Source: Cyanobacteriota bacterium (lineage in GTDB: Bacteria > Cyanobacteriota > Cyanobacteriia > Cyanobacteriales > Nostocaceae). Taken from it: a stretch of DNA of 64,000 nucleotides. The stretch is from assembly GCA_046045965.1 (NCBI GenBank), contig JBJOKS010000008.1:1-64000 (forward strand). The letters run 5' to 3'. Shown here piece by piece: positions 31,414-42,923 of the stretch. The notes beneath the pieces are model-generated. The model searched no databases. It was not told the origin of the DNA and was given only the letters and a program-made list of their open reading frames with translations. Numbering within the stretch: position 1 is the stretch's first letter; every line of letters begins with the position of its first letter. The position numbers were made by a program, and so were the translations under genes.

Positions 31414-33207
31414 TTATCTTCGTCGTGCAATCACTTCCTGGTAACTACCTGATTTAACAATTCGACCTTGTTCAAGTTGGTAAATACAATCACAATGCTT
31501 AATTGTTGAAAAGCGATGAGCAATAATAATGATTGTCTTATTACCAGCTAAAGCTTTTGTTGCTTCAGTAATTAGATGTTCTGTTTCAGTATCTAACGCA
31601 GCAGTTGCTTCATCAAAAACTAGTATTTCTCTTTCGTGATAAAGTACCCGCGCAATTCCTACTCTTTGGCGTTGTCCTCCTGATAAAAGAACTCCGCGTT
31701 CACCAATAATAGTTTTCACTCCGTCTGGAAGTTGTTCTACTACTTCGCTGAGTTGAGCCATTTGAATTGCTGTTTTTAATTTATTTTGATCAATTAAATG
31801 ATCAGCAACTCCATAAGCAATATTTCGCTCAAGGGTATCATCAATCAAAAATATAGATTGGGGAACATAACCAAGCATATTCTGCCAGGCGCGTAAGTTG
31901 CTATAAACTGAAACTCCGTCAACTTTGATATCTCCAAATTGAGGGATAAAAAGACCCAGTATAACATCAATCAAAGTGGTTTTACCAGCACCAGATTTAC
32001 CAATTAGTCCAATAGATTCTCCCTTACGAATAGATAGGGAAATATCTTCTAGTACATTTTTTGTAGTGTTTGGATATTGAAAGGTGAGGCTATCTAAAAT
32101 CACTTTATCAGAAAACTGAAATATTTGCTGATCTTTTAGCAATAATTTATTATAAATTCTAGCAGAATCAAAGTCAGTTATCAGCTTTTCTTTTTCCAAC
32201 TCTTTAAGATCAAAGAATAGCCGATCAAGAGAATAACTGTTACCTCTAATCACATTAATTCCAGAAATTAAATTTCCGACTGCCGGTAGTAGACGAACTG
32301 AGGCAAGTGCAAAAATTCCTAAAACTCCAGTTAGATTTTGCGTTTGATTTTGATTTAAAGTAATAAATAAAAATGTAAAGCCTATTAAGAAGCTCATCAT
32401 TAATGGCTCAAGTACAAAGCGGGGAAGATTACCATAGGCTGAAGTTAAAGTGGTACTTTTGGCGTAAATTCTCGACTGCTCTTCCATCTGATCTTCAAAA
32501 TAGGATTCGCACCCAATAATCCGAGTTTCCTTCAAACCTCCTAATCCATGATTAGTAATGCGAATCATCTGACCATAGGCATGAAATCCTTCTTTGTTCC
32601 ACCGGGCTAAACGATCTTTCATTGGATACAATAAACAAAAAGAAATAAGTAGCAAGACAGCAATGATAATTAAGGCGATCACATTGGTTTGGATTAAAAG
32701 GAGCATTAATGCCAGAACAATTACAGTATTAGAGATAAATGTCAATAACGTAGATACTACACCAATAGAGACTGCATCTGTGGTATTAATGAGATTTTGA
32801 ATCAGTGTTGCTGAATTCATCCGCAGATGATAGCTATAAGGAGCTTGAATATATGCTTTTAGGAGTTTACAAGATAGTTCTCTTTTTAAGCCAAAGCCAA
32901 ATTTTAAGACAGTTTTTTGAGCGTTAAAAGCTAAAAAAGATTTCAGATAAAAAGCAATAACAACTACCAACCCTAAAAAAATCAAAAATTGCTCTTCAGA
33001 GTGGAAATGCAACTGTTTGTAAATTAAATGTAACCAGTTACTATTTTTGATTATATCTGGAGTGATAGCGATCGCAATAAATGGAGCAATCATTCCTATT
33101 CCAAAAACTTCTAAGCCAGAAACAAGGATGAATAGAAAAAGCATGGTTATCAGCGACTTGTGATTGCCTTTGGTAATATATAAAAACTTAGTTAAAAAAT
33201 GAGCCAT
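31414..33207 (-). CDS. ABC transporter permease/ATPase (HepA/PglK/MsbA-like glycan flippase)
   Basis: N-terminal TM domain, GKSGAGKTT, LSGGQRQR, VFDEATAALD, IAHR. Confidence 0.9.
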   Translation of the reverse strand: MAHFLTKFLYITKGNHKSLITMLFLFILVSGLEVFGIGMIAPFIAIAITPDIIKNSNWLHLIYKQLHFHSEEQFLIFLGLVVVIAFYLKSFLAFNAQKTVLKFGFGLKRELSCKLLKAYIQAPYSYHLRMNSATLIQNLINTTDAVSIGVVSTLLTFISNTVIVLALMLLLIQTNVIALIIIAVLLLISFCLLYPMKDRLARWNKEGFHAYGQMIRITNHGLGGLKETRIIGCESYFEDQMEEQSRIYAKSTTLTSAYGNLPRFVLEPLMMSFLIGFTFLFITLNQNQTQNLTGVLGIFALASVRLLPAVGNLISGINVIRGNSYSLDRLFFDLKELEKEKLITDFDSARIYNKLLLKDQQIFQFSDKVILDSLTFQYPNTTKNVLEDISLSIRKGESIGLIGKSGAGKTTLIDVILGLFIPQFGDIKVDGVSVYSNLRAWQNMLGYVPQSIFLIDDTLERNIAYGVADHLIDQNKLKTAIQMAQLSEVVEQLPDGVKTIIGERGVLLSGGQRQRVGIARVLYHEREILVFDEATAALDTETEHLITEATKALAGNKTIIIIAHRFSTIKHCDCIYQLEQGRIVKSGSYQEVIARRR

Positions 33208-33247
33208 CAGTGCTTAATCTCAGATGAATTGGATTGATGAAGAAGGT

Positions 33248-34252
33248 CTAAAATATGGATGTAGCTTTTCTAAATTCATAAATTAACCTCAACCAGAATC
33301 TTCTCCAGATCGTCAGTCTCCAACCTGACCATGCTGTCATATCTACATATTCAAAAAAATATTCTTTAAGTAGAGTATGACGAGATGTCCAAGGTTTTTT
33401 ATTTGAGACGTAGTGAATAATATAAGGATCACGAATGAGATTGTTGTAAACTTCTTCTGTGAATGGACTTTCTTTCCAAGAAGAAAAACCATAGACACTA
33501 CTAGGTGAACAATTCCATCTGGGATCGAGTTCTCCCCATTTACTTGTCAGCAGTGCATTTAAGATATCTTGATCGTGCCAACGGATATACTCTGTCTTTT
33601 GCTTCAGGTAATTTATAGCTTTAGCACTAATATTATCAGTTCGCCACTTTTTGAGGTTGATAACTAGAACACCTGAGTTGAAATATTTAGAATCTGAAGA
33701 AATTCCTAGTTCTTTATAATTTAGTAGTCCATGAGAATTTGACACATAAGGTATCCATGTATCTTGCGCTGCTAATACGTAATTATCTCCCAAGTCAGTT
33801 TGCCATAGTTGCTCCAAATTTCCCCTAACTACTAAGTCACAATCTAGATAAATTACCTTTTCCAACTCATCAGGTAAAAGTCTAGGAATTAACAACCTAA
33901 AAAATGCAGCAATTGAAACGTATTTGGCTATTGTTTTACCATCTGGACCAAGGCGTTTGTTGATTTCTTCAATATCATTTCCCAGCAAAGAATCAGGTTG
34001 TGGTAAGAATTTGACTTGGCACTTTTCTGAATCTAGCGATTTTAGTATCTTCTGTTTATTGTGTTTCTTGATGCCTCCATCAATAATAAATAAGAGTAAT
34101 TGGCGATCGCTCTGAAGATTTACGAGTGCAGATCGAACCGTTACTGCTACTTGCATGGCATAGTTATCATCAGCTGCACAAACTATGACAATAGGGTCAC
34201 TTTCAAAAATATGTTTCGTTTTATTCTCACTGTTTAAGCTATCAACTTGCAT
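33248..34252 (-). CDS. Glycosyltransferase family 8
   Basis: AADDNY, YLDCD, YFNSGV, DQDILN, IIHY...KPW. Confidence 0.92.
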   Translation of the reverse strand: MQVDSLNSENKTKHIFESDPIVIVCAADDNYAMQVAVTVRSALVNLQSDRQLLLFIIDGGIKKHNKQKILKSLDSEKCQVKFLPQPDSLLGNDIEEINKRLGPDGKTIAKYVSIAAFFRLLIPRLLPDELEKVIYLDCDLVVRGNLEQLWQTDLGDNYVLAAQDTWIPYVSNSHGLLNYKELGISSDSKYFNSGVLVINLKKWRTDNISAKAINYLKQKTEYIRWHDQDILNALLTSKWGELDPRWNCSPSSVYGFSSWKESPFTEEVYNNLIRDPYIIHYVSNKKPWTSRHTLLKEYFFEYVDMTAWSGWRLTIWRRFWLRLIYEFRKATSIF

Positions 34253-34337
34253 AGTTGCAACCCCATTAAATTGAGTCTTGTGATCTAGTAGATGGAATTT
34301 TTAGCTAACAAATAATCAAGTCAAAAGAGCGTGAAGG

Positions 34338-35990
34338 TTAACGGGAGTAATAGCGGGAGCGTAGTGAATGGTAACGTGAACGAAATCCTTCGGGTAGTAA
34401 GAGATTAAGTGGATTATTGCGGAAACCATACTGTTTGACCAAACTGAACCATAGATGTAGCCGTTGTTCTAGTGGCATTAATGGCATTTGCCAGTGGATG
34501 ATCTTGTGAAGATTGGCACTGCCAAGGGATAAATGCGTGCATGAAAAGACATCAGGCTCACCCAAAAACATCTCAACGTTTGAATCTGAGTCTGTAGTGA
34601 CTTTGGGTAAAGTAGTTGCGCGTAGGTATAAATTTTCCAAAGAATGCAGCCAGTTTTTTCCCCAATGGGTTTGTGCTAATTTTGTTCTAGTTGCTTCCCC
34701 CAAAGAAAGCCTAAATTCCTCATCTTCAACTAAGCGCGACAAGACTGCTGTATACTCTTCAAGGTCTAGCACTCGAATTAAATTACCCGTTAGACCCGGC
34801 ATATCGGCACAAAAAATTTCACAGGCATCAGAGGAGTATAGAGAGCGACTCACTAAAGGAGTACCGTAACTTCCAGCTTCCAGCAGTGATGTATTCGAGA
34901 CAAAAGGAAACGAGTCAACATAAATATCAGCAGCTTGGTAAAATACGGACGTATCTTCGGTCTGTCCAAGAACTCGAATCCTGCCCTGAGTTTGCTGGAT
35001 AGCTGCGGACCAATCTTCGTCGCTATCACCTGGACCGATAACAATGAGTATGGCTTGCTTGTACTTTTTCAGTAATGAAAGATGTGCATTAGCAAAACTC
35101 ATACCGTCAATGGTTCTATACTTAGCTGCTCTAGCAATGGAAAGTAGCAGAACACTGTTTTCATCAATACCAAGGTGTCGCTTCGCTTCTGAACGAGAAA
35201 GTTCTCTAATAGCTGGTTCTAGAACCGTAGGAAGAAGCATATTGCGTTCTGGTTCAATACCCCTGCGCTGCTGTGATAAACGCATTCCCGACTCACGCAG
35301 ATTAGCAACAACATCGCTAATCCCCGCACCTAACCAACACCAGTGATCACCGTGATTGGTATAGATAATGGGTGGAGTTTGCTCCTTATTTGCAAATGCA
35401 ATTGTGGCAACGACTTCGTACTCCCAAGTATGTAACACAACTATATCTGCTGTTGAAGCACATTCGCGTAACCTTTTAGCTCTGGCAATAACGCCGCCAA
35501 ATTTGTCGTTTAATATGTATATCTTGCCTTGACTATTGAATACAGCATCTTTGATAGATTTGGGAACTTCGTCTGGTGCTTGTCTAATCAAAGCAAGTGA
35601 GTGCGATCGCTCAGTATCCTGCTCAATCCAGCGCCGAATCAATCTAGGAGGTCCACCGTAGGTAGAAACATTGGTAGAAATATGTAGTATGTTCTTTGGG
35701 CTTCCAGATAAAGAAGTAATTTTTCGAGGAAAAAGGTTGCTTGGTATAGTCTTGCGTCCAATTGTCAGAAGAATCTGCTCAAGTTCAGGACTGGTGTAAA
35801 ATCCACAATGGTTAAATTGAGCATACTGCGCTGCAATCCCTACATACACCGCCGCAGCTTCATATTTGCCACGCTGCATTAAGTCTTTTGCCTGTGAGAC
35901 CAACTGGCGAAACTCCTGAAAATTTTGTTGAATCAGACGGCTGCCTTCTTCTCGCCAAAGGTTTAGTCTATGACTAGTTAATGTCTCCAT
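34338..35990 (-). CDS. Glycosyltransferase (GT-B fold) with N-terminal extension
   Basis: GGPPRLIRRW, NHGDH, ADIYVDSFP...SLLEAG. Confidence 0.75.
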   Translation of the reverse strand: METLTSHRLNLWREEGSRLIQQNFQEFRQLVSQAKDLMQRGKYEAAAVYVGIAAQYAQFNHCGFYTSPELEQILLTIGRKTIPSNLFPRKITSLSGSPKNILHISTNVSTYGGPPRLIRRWIEQDTERSHSLALIRQAPDEVPKSIKDAVFNSQGKIYILNDKFGGVIARAKRLRECASTADIVVLHTWEYEVVATIAFANKEQTPPIIYTNHGDHWCWLGAGISDVVANLRESGMRLSQQRRGIEPERNMLLPTVLEPAIRELSRSEAKRHLGIDENSVLLLSIARAAKYRTIDGMSFANAHLSLLKKYKQAILIVIGPGDSDEDWSAAIQQTQGRIRVLGQTEDTSVFYQAADIYVDSFPFVSNTSLLEAGSYGTPLVSRSLYSSDACEIFCADMPGLTGNLIRVLDLEEYTAVLSRLVEDEEFRLSLGEATRTKLAQTHWGKNWLHSLENLYLRATTLPKVTTDSDSNVEMFLGEPDVFSCTHLSLGSANLHKIIHWQMPLMPLEQRLHLWFSLVKQYGFRNNPLNLLLPEGFRSRYHSLRSRYYSR

Positions 35991-36029
35991 ACAATGTTTC
36001 TCTTCTGCTGCTAATGGTAAGCACTGCTC

Positions 36030-37196
36030 TCAAACTAAACAAACTCTTTTCAAAACCTGAACAACATAATCCTGTTCTGGCTCGGTCATCTGATGCAAAA
36101 GTGGCAAAATAATGGCATGATCTTGAGCTTTTTCACTTTCAACCAGGCGATCGCTCCCATAAGACCAAGTTTCAATCTGATATGCTGGTTCTCGATGAGC
36201 GCACATAATTCCCCGTCTAGTGGAAATCCCAGCATCTAACATGATCTGCATGACTTGAAGCTGATTGCAACTATCAGGAAGACGCACGCAGTAACTTTGC
36301 CAATTACTTTTTCCCCAAGTTGGCTGTGTTGGTAATTTCAATCCTGGTATATCTGCCAACTGATGATGATATCGCTGTGCTAAATAACGACGGCGTTCCC
36401 CAATTTCCGGTAAGCGTTTGAGTTGTTCCCGTCCGACTGCTGCCTGAATATCAGTCATGCGGTAGTTGTAACCCAACATAGGGTAAGACTCAAAAATTAC
36501 CTGTTTTGCGCCATGACGGACAGTATCAGGTACACTCATTCCATGTTGTCGCCAGAGACGGAATTGTTGATTCCATTCAGGATTATTAGTGGTAATCATT
36601 CCACCGTCACCTGTGGTAATTACCTTGCGGGGGTGAAAGGAAAAGCAAGCGATATCTCCATGCGGTTTACCGATTTTCTGCCATTGTCCATTCCAGAAAA
36701 TTTCACTACCAATGGCACAAGCAGCATCTTCAATCACTGGTAAATTGTAGCGGTGGGCAATATCTAAAATGGCTTTGAGATCGCAAGGCATTCCCATCTG
36801 ATGAACGATGAGAATAGCGCGAGTGCGTTGATTAATCGCATCTGCAATTAACACCGGGTTGATATTATATGTCTGCGGTTCAATATCCACAAAGACTGGA
36901 ATCGCGCCACAGTAGCGAATGCTGTTAGCGGTGGCAATATAAGAGTGACTGACAGTAATTACCTCATCTCCTGGCTGCACACCTACAGCTAACAGTGCTA
37001 GGTGCAAGGCTGTGGTGCAATTAGAAACAGCACAAGCATAGTTTGCCCCTACATAAGCTGCAAATTCTTGTTCAAATGCTGCAACTTCTGGTCCTTGAGT
37101 GACCCAACCAGACATGATAGCGCGTCTTGCTGCTTCTGCTTCTGGTTCGCCAAGCCAAGGTTTAGCAATGGGGATATTTTGCATCTGCTTAGACAT
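36030..37196 (-). CDS. DegT/DnrJ/EryC1/StrS aminotransferase
   Basis: SGWVTQGP, EDAAC, FSFHPRKVITTGDGG, GYNYRMTD. Confidence 0.93.
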   Translation of the reverse strand: MSKQMQNIPIAKPWLGEPEAEAARRAIMSGWVTQGPEVAAFEQEFAAYVGANYACAVSNCTTALHLALLAVGVQPGDEVITVSHSYIATANSIRYCGAIPVFVDIEPQTYNINPVLIADAINQRTRAILIVHQMGMPCDLKAILDIAHRYNLPVIEDAACAIGSEIFWNGQWQKIGKPHGDIACFSFHPRKVITTGDGGMITTNNPEWNQQFRLWRQHGMSVPDTVRHGAKQVIFESYPMLGYNYRMTDIQAAVGREQLKRLPEIGERRRYLAQRYHHQLADIPGLKLPTQPTWGKSNWQSYCVRLPDSCNQLQVMQIMLDAGISTRRGIMCAHREPAYQIETWSYGSDRLVESEKAQDHAIILPLLHQMTEPEQDYVVQVLKRVCLV

Positions 37197-38163
37197 GGCT
37201 TGTTTCCTTCCACTGCTTTTGCAGACACCACCAAGTAACCAAACGAGATAACCCTTCTTCTAGAGATACCTGTGCTTCAAATTCTAATAATTCTTTTGCT
37301 TTGCTTACATCTGCTAGTCGGCGTTGTACGGGGTTAACTTTACGTTCTGGTTTATATTCTGGTTGGAGATCAGAACCCATCACTTTCAGTAAACTATGGG
37401 CTAAATCATTTAAACTAGTTTCTACACCACTAGCAATATTGAAAACTTCATCTGTGATATCTGCTTTGGCTGCCAAGATGTTAGCTCTAGCAATATCTTC
37501 GATATAGACAAAATCCATTGTTTGCTCACCATTACCAAAAATCAATGGTGGTTGTCCGGCAACAATTCGCTCCATCCAGCGAATCAATACTTCAGTGTAA
37601 ACACCGTAAATATCCATTCGTGGTCCGTAGACGTTGAAGTAGCGTAATCCTACATAATTGAGTCCATACATTTCATAGAAACTGCGGAATAAACCCTCGT
37701 TAAAGGTCTTAGCTGCACCGTAGATGGTGCGGTTATTGTAGGGATGATGAGATTCAGTTGTGGGGAAATTCTCTGCCATGCCATAGATTGAAGCTGAAGA
37801 GGCTGCGACTACTTTTTTTACCCCGGCTGTAACTGCTGCTTCTAAAATATTGAAAGTACCATCTGCGAGAACTTCCAATGCTAGACGGGGTTCTTCTGCA
37901 CATTGGGTAATGCGAATTGCGGCTTGATGAAAGACTATATCCACACCTTGCATGATATCAGCCAGAAGTTGGCGATCGCGGATATCTCCCTCAACAATGA
38001 CTAAAGGACCATTAGCCTGTGTCCAAGCTAGGTTCTCACGACATCCACGGGTAAAATTATCTAGGATAATAATTTCCGATACTCCCTCTTTTACCAATAA
38101 ATCGGCAATATGAGAACCAACTAAACCAGCACCACCTGTAATTAAAATTCGCTTATTTTGCAT
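37189..38163 (-). CDS. NAD-dependent epimerase/dehydratase
   Basis: [26 protein letters not shown]; likely start ATG at 38163. Confidence 0.92.
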   Translation of the reverse strand: MQNKRILITGGAGLVGSHIADLLVKEGVSEIIILDNFTRGCRENLAWTQANGPLVIVEGDIRDRQLLADIMQGVDIVFHQAAIRITQCAEEPRLALEVLADGTFNILEAAVTAGVKKVVAASSASIYGMAENFPTTESHHPYNNRTIYGAAKTFNEGLFRSFYEMYGLNYVGLRYFNVYGPRMDIYGVYTEVLIRWMERIVAGQPPLIFGNGEQTMDFVYIEDIARANILAAKADITDEVFNIASGVETSLNDLAHSLLKVMGSDLQPEYKPERKVNPVQRRLADVSKAKELLEFEAQVSLEEGLSRLVTWWCLQKQWKETSHV

Positions 38164-38860
38164 ATTCTCTGTTCTCCGATGGTTCAAATCCTTCTCGCCA
38201 GCGTAAAAACTTAGCAGGAACACCAGCTACAATGGCAAATGGTGGTACATCTTGAGTGACAACTGCTCCAGCACCAACAATACTGCCTTTACCAATTGTG
38301 ACTCCAGGTAGAATAATTGCATTCATGCCAATATCTGCTCCTGTTTCCACTTTTACTGATTTGATTTCCAAGTCTGTTTTGATAATGGGAATGTCTATTG
38401 GTAAGCCGGTATGAGTTGAACCCAGGACTTTTGCACCTGGACCCCAGCCCACATAATCTTCAATAATTAAGTTCCGAGCATCAAAATAGCTCTGTGGTCC
38501 AATCCAAACATAGTTACCGATTATGCACTTACCATCAAACCGTCCCTGGATATAGGTTTGTGAACCAATAAAAACGCGATCGCCGATTTCAAAAGTTTCT
38601 AAATGTTTAAAACCCACGCTACTGCCAATATGAACGCCGTGGCCAAATTTACAGGATATTGCCCGGCAAATAATTCGCCGCATCAAGAGATCAAAATCAG
38701 TCTCACCTAAAGTAAATCGGGTATACAGTTCGATTAAATTCTGATGGCTATACTGATGGCGGAAAGACGCTGCCATTTCTAGTTCAAATTCTGGATCTGG
38801 TTTTAACTCTTGGGAACCATGTACAGCTTGCACTATCCTACTTTTCACTAGTTCAGGCAT
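38153..38860 (-). CDS. Hexapeptide-repeat acyltransferase
   Basis: [30 protein letters not shown]...GVPAK. Confidence 0.9.
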   Translation of the reverse strand: MPELVKSRIVQAVHGSQELKPDPEFELEMAASFRHQYSHQNLIELYTRFTLGETDFDLLMRRIICRAISCKFGHGVHIGSSVGFKHLETFEIGDRVFIGSQTYIQGRFDGKCIIGNYVWIGPQSYFDARNLIIEDYVGWGPGAKVLGSTHTGLPIDIPIIKTDLEIKSVKVETGADIGMNAIILPGVTIGKGSIVGAGAVVTQDVPPFAIVAGVPAKFLRWREGFEPSENREYAK

Positions 38861-39954
38861 GGTATCCTCTCAGAGATGGAAGCACTAACAGTTTCTATTT
38901 GCACTGAAGATAGTTCTGCAAACATAGGCAGTGAAAGCACTTCCTTGGCTGCTAGTTCCGAGTGGGGAAAATCACCTGCTTGATATCCTAAATCTGCGTA
39001 AGCTGGTTGCAAATGCACAGGAATTGGGTAGTGAATGCCTGTTTGCACTCCCTGTTCATGTAACCGCTGTTGTAGTAAATCCCTTGCTGTAGAGCGCACA
39101 GCATAAATATGGTAAACATGATGGCTATATGGCATGACGCTGGGAGTGATCACGTCTGCTTTTGCTAGGAGTTTGTCGTACTGTAGGGCGATCGCTCTCC
39201 TAGCCTGAGTCCAGGTATCTAAATAGCGTAACTTGACCCGCAAAATTGCTCCTTGCAAGCCATCCATACGGTAGTTATAACCCTTGAGAACATGATGATA
39301 TTTGCGTTTTTGCCCCCAGTCTCGCAGCATATCAATGATGTGGGCATATTTAGGGTTATTGGTGACAACCATCCCTCCCTCACCATAAGCCCCTAAGTTT
39401 TTACCAGGATAAAAACTAAAACAACCTAAGTCCCCAATACTACCAACTCTTTGCCCCTTATACTCAGCCCTGTGTGCTTGGGCGGCATCTTCAATGACAA
39501 TTAGACCATAACGTTGAGCAATTTCTAAAATTGGGTCCATGTCTGCTGGTTGACCATAGAGATGAACTGGCAAAATTGCTTTAGTCCGTTCGGTAATAGT
39601 TGCCTCAATTTGCGTTACATCTATGGTGTAGGAAATCGGGTCAATATCAACAAAAACAGGGGTTGCACCAGTGTAACAAATGGCTGCTACGGTAGCGACA
39701 AAGGTGAAAGGTGTGGTAATTACTTCATCACCAGGACCAATACCAGCGGCTAATAATGCTAAATGCAGGGCGCTAGTACCTGTATTCACAGCGATTCCAT
39801 ATTTAGCACCACAGTAGTAGGAAAACTCTTCTTCTAAAGCAGCAACTTCACTGCCTAAGACAAATTGTGTACTTTCCAGAGCTTTAAAGACAGCGCCATC
39901 AATTTCGTTTTTAATGCTATTGTACTGAGCTTTTAAATCTATGAATGGAATCAT
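38848..39954 (-). CDS. DegT/DnrJ/EryC1/StrS aminotransferase (WbpE/WlbC-like)
   Basis: [34 protein letters not shown]. Confidence 0.93.
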   Translation of the reverse strand: MIPFIDLKAQYNSIKNEIDGAVFKALESTQFVLGSEVAALEEEFSYYCGAKYGIAVNTGTSALHLALLAAGIGPGDEVITTPFTFVATVAAICYTGATPVFVDIDPISYTIDVTQIEATITERTKAILPVHLYGQPADMDPILEIAQRYGLIVIEDAAQAHRAEYKGQRVGSIGDLGCFSFYPGKNLGAYGEGGMVVTNNPKYAHIIDMLRDWGQKRKYHHVLKGYNYRMDGLQGAILRVKLRYLDTWTQARRAIALQYDKLLAKADVITPSVMPYSHHVYHIYAVRSTARDLLQQRLHEQGVQTGIHYPIPVHLQPAYADLGYQAGDFPHSELAAKEVLSLPMFAELSSVQIETVSASISERIPCLN

Positions 39955-41078
39955 AGTGCTACCTTTGCTAAGTCTAGTTCAATTAATCGTCCTTGCTGCT
40001 TGATCGATTGAGTAGCAGCTTCCAAAATTCGTATTACCCGCAGTCCTGCTTCTCCATCTGTGAGGGGGTGATGGCCTTGGCGAATACAATCAATAAAATG
40101 TAATGCCTCAGTTTGTAAAGCTTCTGTCATATCCAACTTGGGAGACCACATATCACCTGTGCGATAACCGACCAGCATTTGGTAAACGTTCTCAGGACTA
40201 TCATTCACCGTAATTCCCTTGTCGTAGACTTTAATCTTTTCACTGGGTTCTAAATCGTCATAACAGACCATTTTTTCACTACCTCCCAGTATTGTCCGGC
40301 GCATTTTTACTGGTGCGAGCCAATTCACATGAATGTGTGCAATCAAGTTATTCTCAAAAAATAAGGTTAAGTAGGCAATGTTTTCTGGTTCGCTAGAAAC
40401 ATGACTCATACCTGTAGCTGATACAGCATAAGGCTTTGATGGTAATATATAGTCCATAATTGAGAGATCATGAACTGCCAAATCCCAGATGACATTGACA
40501 TCATGCTGGAATAATCCCAAGTTGACACGCACGGAATCATAATAATAGATATCGCCTATAACCTTTGTCGCTACCAGTTCTTGCATTTTCCGCACTGCAC
40601 CTGTATACACAAAGGTGTGATCTACCATCAACACCAAATTGCGTTTTTGAGCCTCATCTATCAGTCTGATTGCCTGTTGGGAGGAAACAGTCATCGGTTT
40701 TTCTACTAAGACGTGTTTACCGGCTTGCAAAGCGGCTAGGGCTAAATCGTAATGGGTAGAAACTGGTGTAGCAATCGCGATCGCATCTATATTTGGCTCT
40801 ACAAAAAGGTCTTGGCTATTGGTGGTGAGCTTGATGGCTGGGTATCGAGATTGCACCTTTGCCAGTCTATCTATTTGAAAATCACTAACTGCTACGACTT
40901 CTGCTCCTGGTATATCAGCAAAGCTGCGGACTAAATTGGGACCCCAGTAACCATAACCAATGACACCAATTTTGACTGTATTAATTGCCTGATTTTGCTT
41001 ATTGATGGAGATGTTTACTTTATCTGTGTCAATATTTGAATCAAAAGCTTGCGCGGAGTAAGCATGAGTATTTGTCAT
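39951..41078 (-). CDS. Gfo/Idh/MocA oxidoreductase (WbpB/WlbA-like)
   Basis: IGYGYWGPNL, ATP..H, KHVLVEKP, WDLAVHD. Confidence 0.92.
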   Translation of the reverse strand: MTNTHAYSAQAFDSNIDTDKVNISINKQNQAINTVKIGVIGYGYWGPNLVRSFADIPGAEVVAVSDFQIDRLAKVQSRYPAIKLTTNSQDLFVEPNIDAIAIATPVSTHYDLALAALQAGKHVLVEKPMTVSSQQAIRLIDEAQKRNLVLMVDHTFVYTGAVRKMQELVATKVIGDIYYYDSVRVNLGLFQHDVNVIWDLAVHDLSIMDYILPSKPYAVSATGMSHVSSEPENIAYLTLFFENNLIAHIHVNWLAPVKMRRTILGGSEKMVCYDDLEPSEKIKVYDKGITVNDSPENVYQMLVGYRTGDMWSPKLDMTEALQTEALHFIDCIRQGHHPLTDGEAGLRVIRILEAATQSIKQQGRLIELDLAKVAL

Positions 41079-41463
41079 GGGATATAAGTTGTCAATTTTA
41101 TCAAACTTGATTGGTAAAGAATTAGTGGAGATGACAGTAAAGCCAACTAACAGTTGCTAGAGCTTCTTAAAAGTAATCTTTTCAACAATACTTTCCCTAA
41201 AATTGAAAGTTCAGAAGATGATCTTGAAACTATAAATTTACTTGGGACTTTATCTTGGCAAAAACCACAAAGCTAAAAAATTTGCTCTGGTTTTTCACTA
41301 GAATTTTTTCAACCACCGATTTTTTGGGTTTGGATATATTATACATTAACATCTTGTGTGGTTTGTTGCAGAAAAATTGGCACATTTTACAAATCTCAAT
41401 TTGGTGGATGTATTGTTTAAAAATCAGCCTTAAATATCTAAAAAAACTGAAGTATTACCTGAT

Positions 41464-41970
41464 TTATCTTAGCAATTTACTATTTGCAAATTCACCAGTC
41501 TTGGGAACACAACCTATGACCCTAGCAGGTACTCCAAGCACAGTTTTGTCATCAGGAACATCATGAGTTACTACTGCTCCAGCCCCAACTATGGCGTTTT
41601 CACCAATTGTAACTCCTGCCAGGATAGTAGCATTGCTGCCAATAGAGGCACGGCGTTTGACATAAGTTTTAATTACAGTCCAATCATCTTCGGTTTTTAG
41701 GCTACTATCTTCATTAGTAGCGCGGGGGTAAATGTCATTAGTAAACATCACTCCGTGACCAATAAACACTTCGTCTTCGATGATCACACCCTCGCAAATA
41801 AAAGTGTGCGATGAAACTTTACATTTATCTCCGACTATGACATTTTTCTGAATTTCAACAAAGCTGCCAATCTTGGTTTCATCTCCAATGATACAACCGT
41901 AAAGATTGACAAGATCAGGATGAATAATTTTAACTTCTTTACCTAATCGAACATTATCATTTATAGCCAT
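41464..41970 (-). CDS. N-acetyltransferase, hexapeptide family (WbpD/WlbB-like)
   Basis: [31 protein letters not shown]. Confidence 0.9.
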   Translation of the reverse strand: MAINDNVRLGKEVKIIHPDLVNLYGCIIGDETKIGSFVEIQKNVIVGDKCKVSSHTFICEGVIIEDEVFIGHGVMFTNDIYPRATNEDSSLKTEDDWTVIKTYVKRRASIGSNATILAGVTIGENAIVGAGAVVTHDVPDDKTVLGVPARVIGCVPKTGEFANSKLLR

Positions 41971-42923
41971 CTTTGTCTACCTCTAATTCACAAAAAATAT
42001 TCTAAATAAGTACATTCAGAACCTTGCCATTGCTACTCTTTTATCTTGATGTTGTGCATACTAAGTTCAAGTTTCATTTATGACTTAACCTACTTCTAAA
42101 ACAGTAATGAAAGTGAATCCAAAACCACGAGAATTTGCAGAAATCTATACTCTGTACTAGCAGATACGAATTTGAGGCAGATGAGAGAAAATCCTGATCA
42201 AAAACGTATTAGTTGATTCAAATTTGATGAAATTCCTGTACCAGTGTTTGTTAGGTTACTCAAAAATTATTCAAACACTATACAGTGATTAGAAAAATAT
42301 ACATCTCTATCATTAGATAGATATATCTGATAACTTCAATGCCTCGCTGTAGTGGCAATTTTATGCTGATAGAGAGATGTATTTGAATTTTGTCAATCAG
42401 CATTAAACCAGATTACAGAATACTTCAATGTAGAAGTCCATATATGACTTTCCCAGTTGATGCCAACTTCATACAGTCATCATATTTCCTGACTAAAACT
42501 ATGATAATTACGGATAAATTGTAAATTTTTTAAAAAGACAGGACTTCCAGATTCAATACTTGTTGCTTAAGGGAGAAAAAACCCTTTCTCTTTTACTTTT
42601 TTCCAGGTCAAGTTAATATTACTATCTGTAAAACCCTGATTAGTATTGCTTACTCATTGACAAAGTGATAAATATAAACAATACTTTATCTGAATTGAGA
42701 GCCTAGAAATTCTGCCAATTTGACCACCATAACCCCTACATAAGTGTTACTTTCCAACTTGGTAGACTTTTAAAACCTTGATGCTGCTCAAATTTAAGTC
42801 AACTTATGGTTGATGGTTTCAGTTATTTTATAAGTACAAGGATACAGAGCATTTGGATTGAGAATGATTTGGCAATCAGGATGATTAAGTTGGAATTAAA
42901 TTAGAAAATATCCAAGGTTAAAA

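Noticed and set aside
41255..41566. 103-aa plus-strand ORF
   Set aside because: Overlaps the acetyltransferase antisense, TTG start, no motifs
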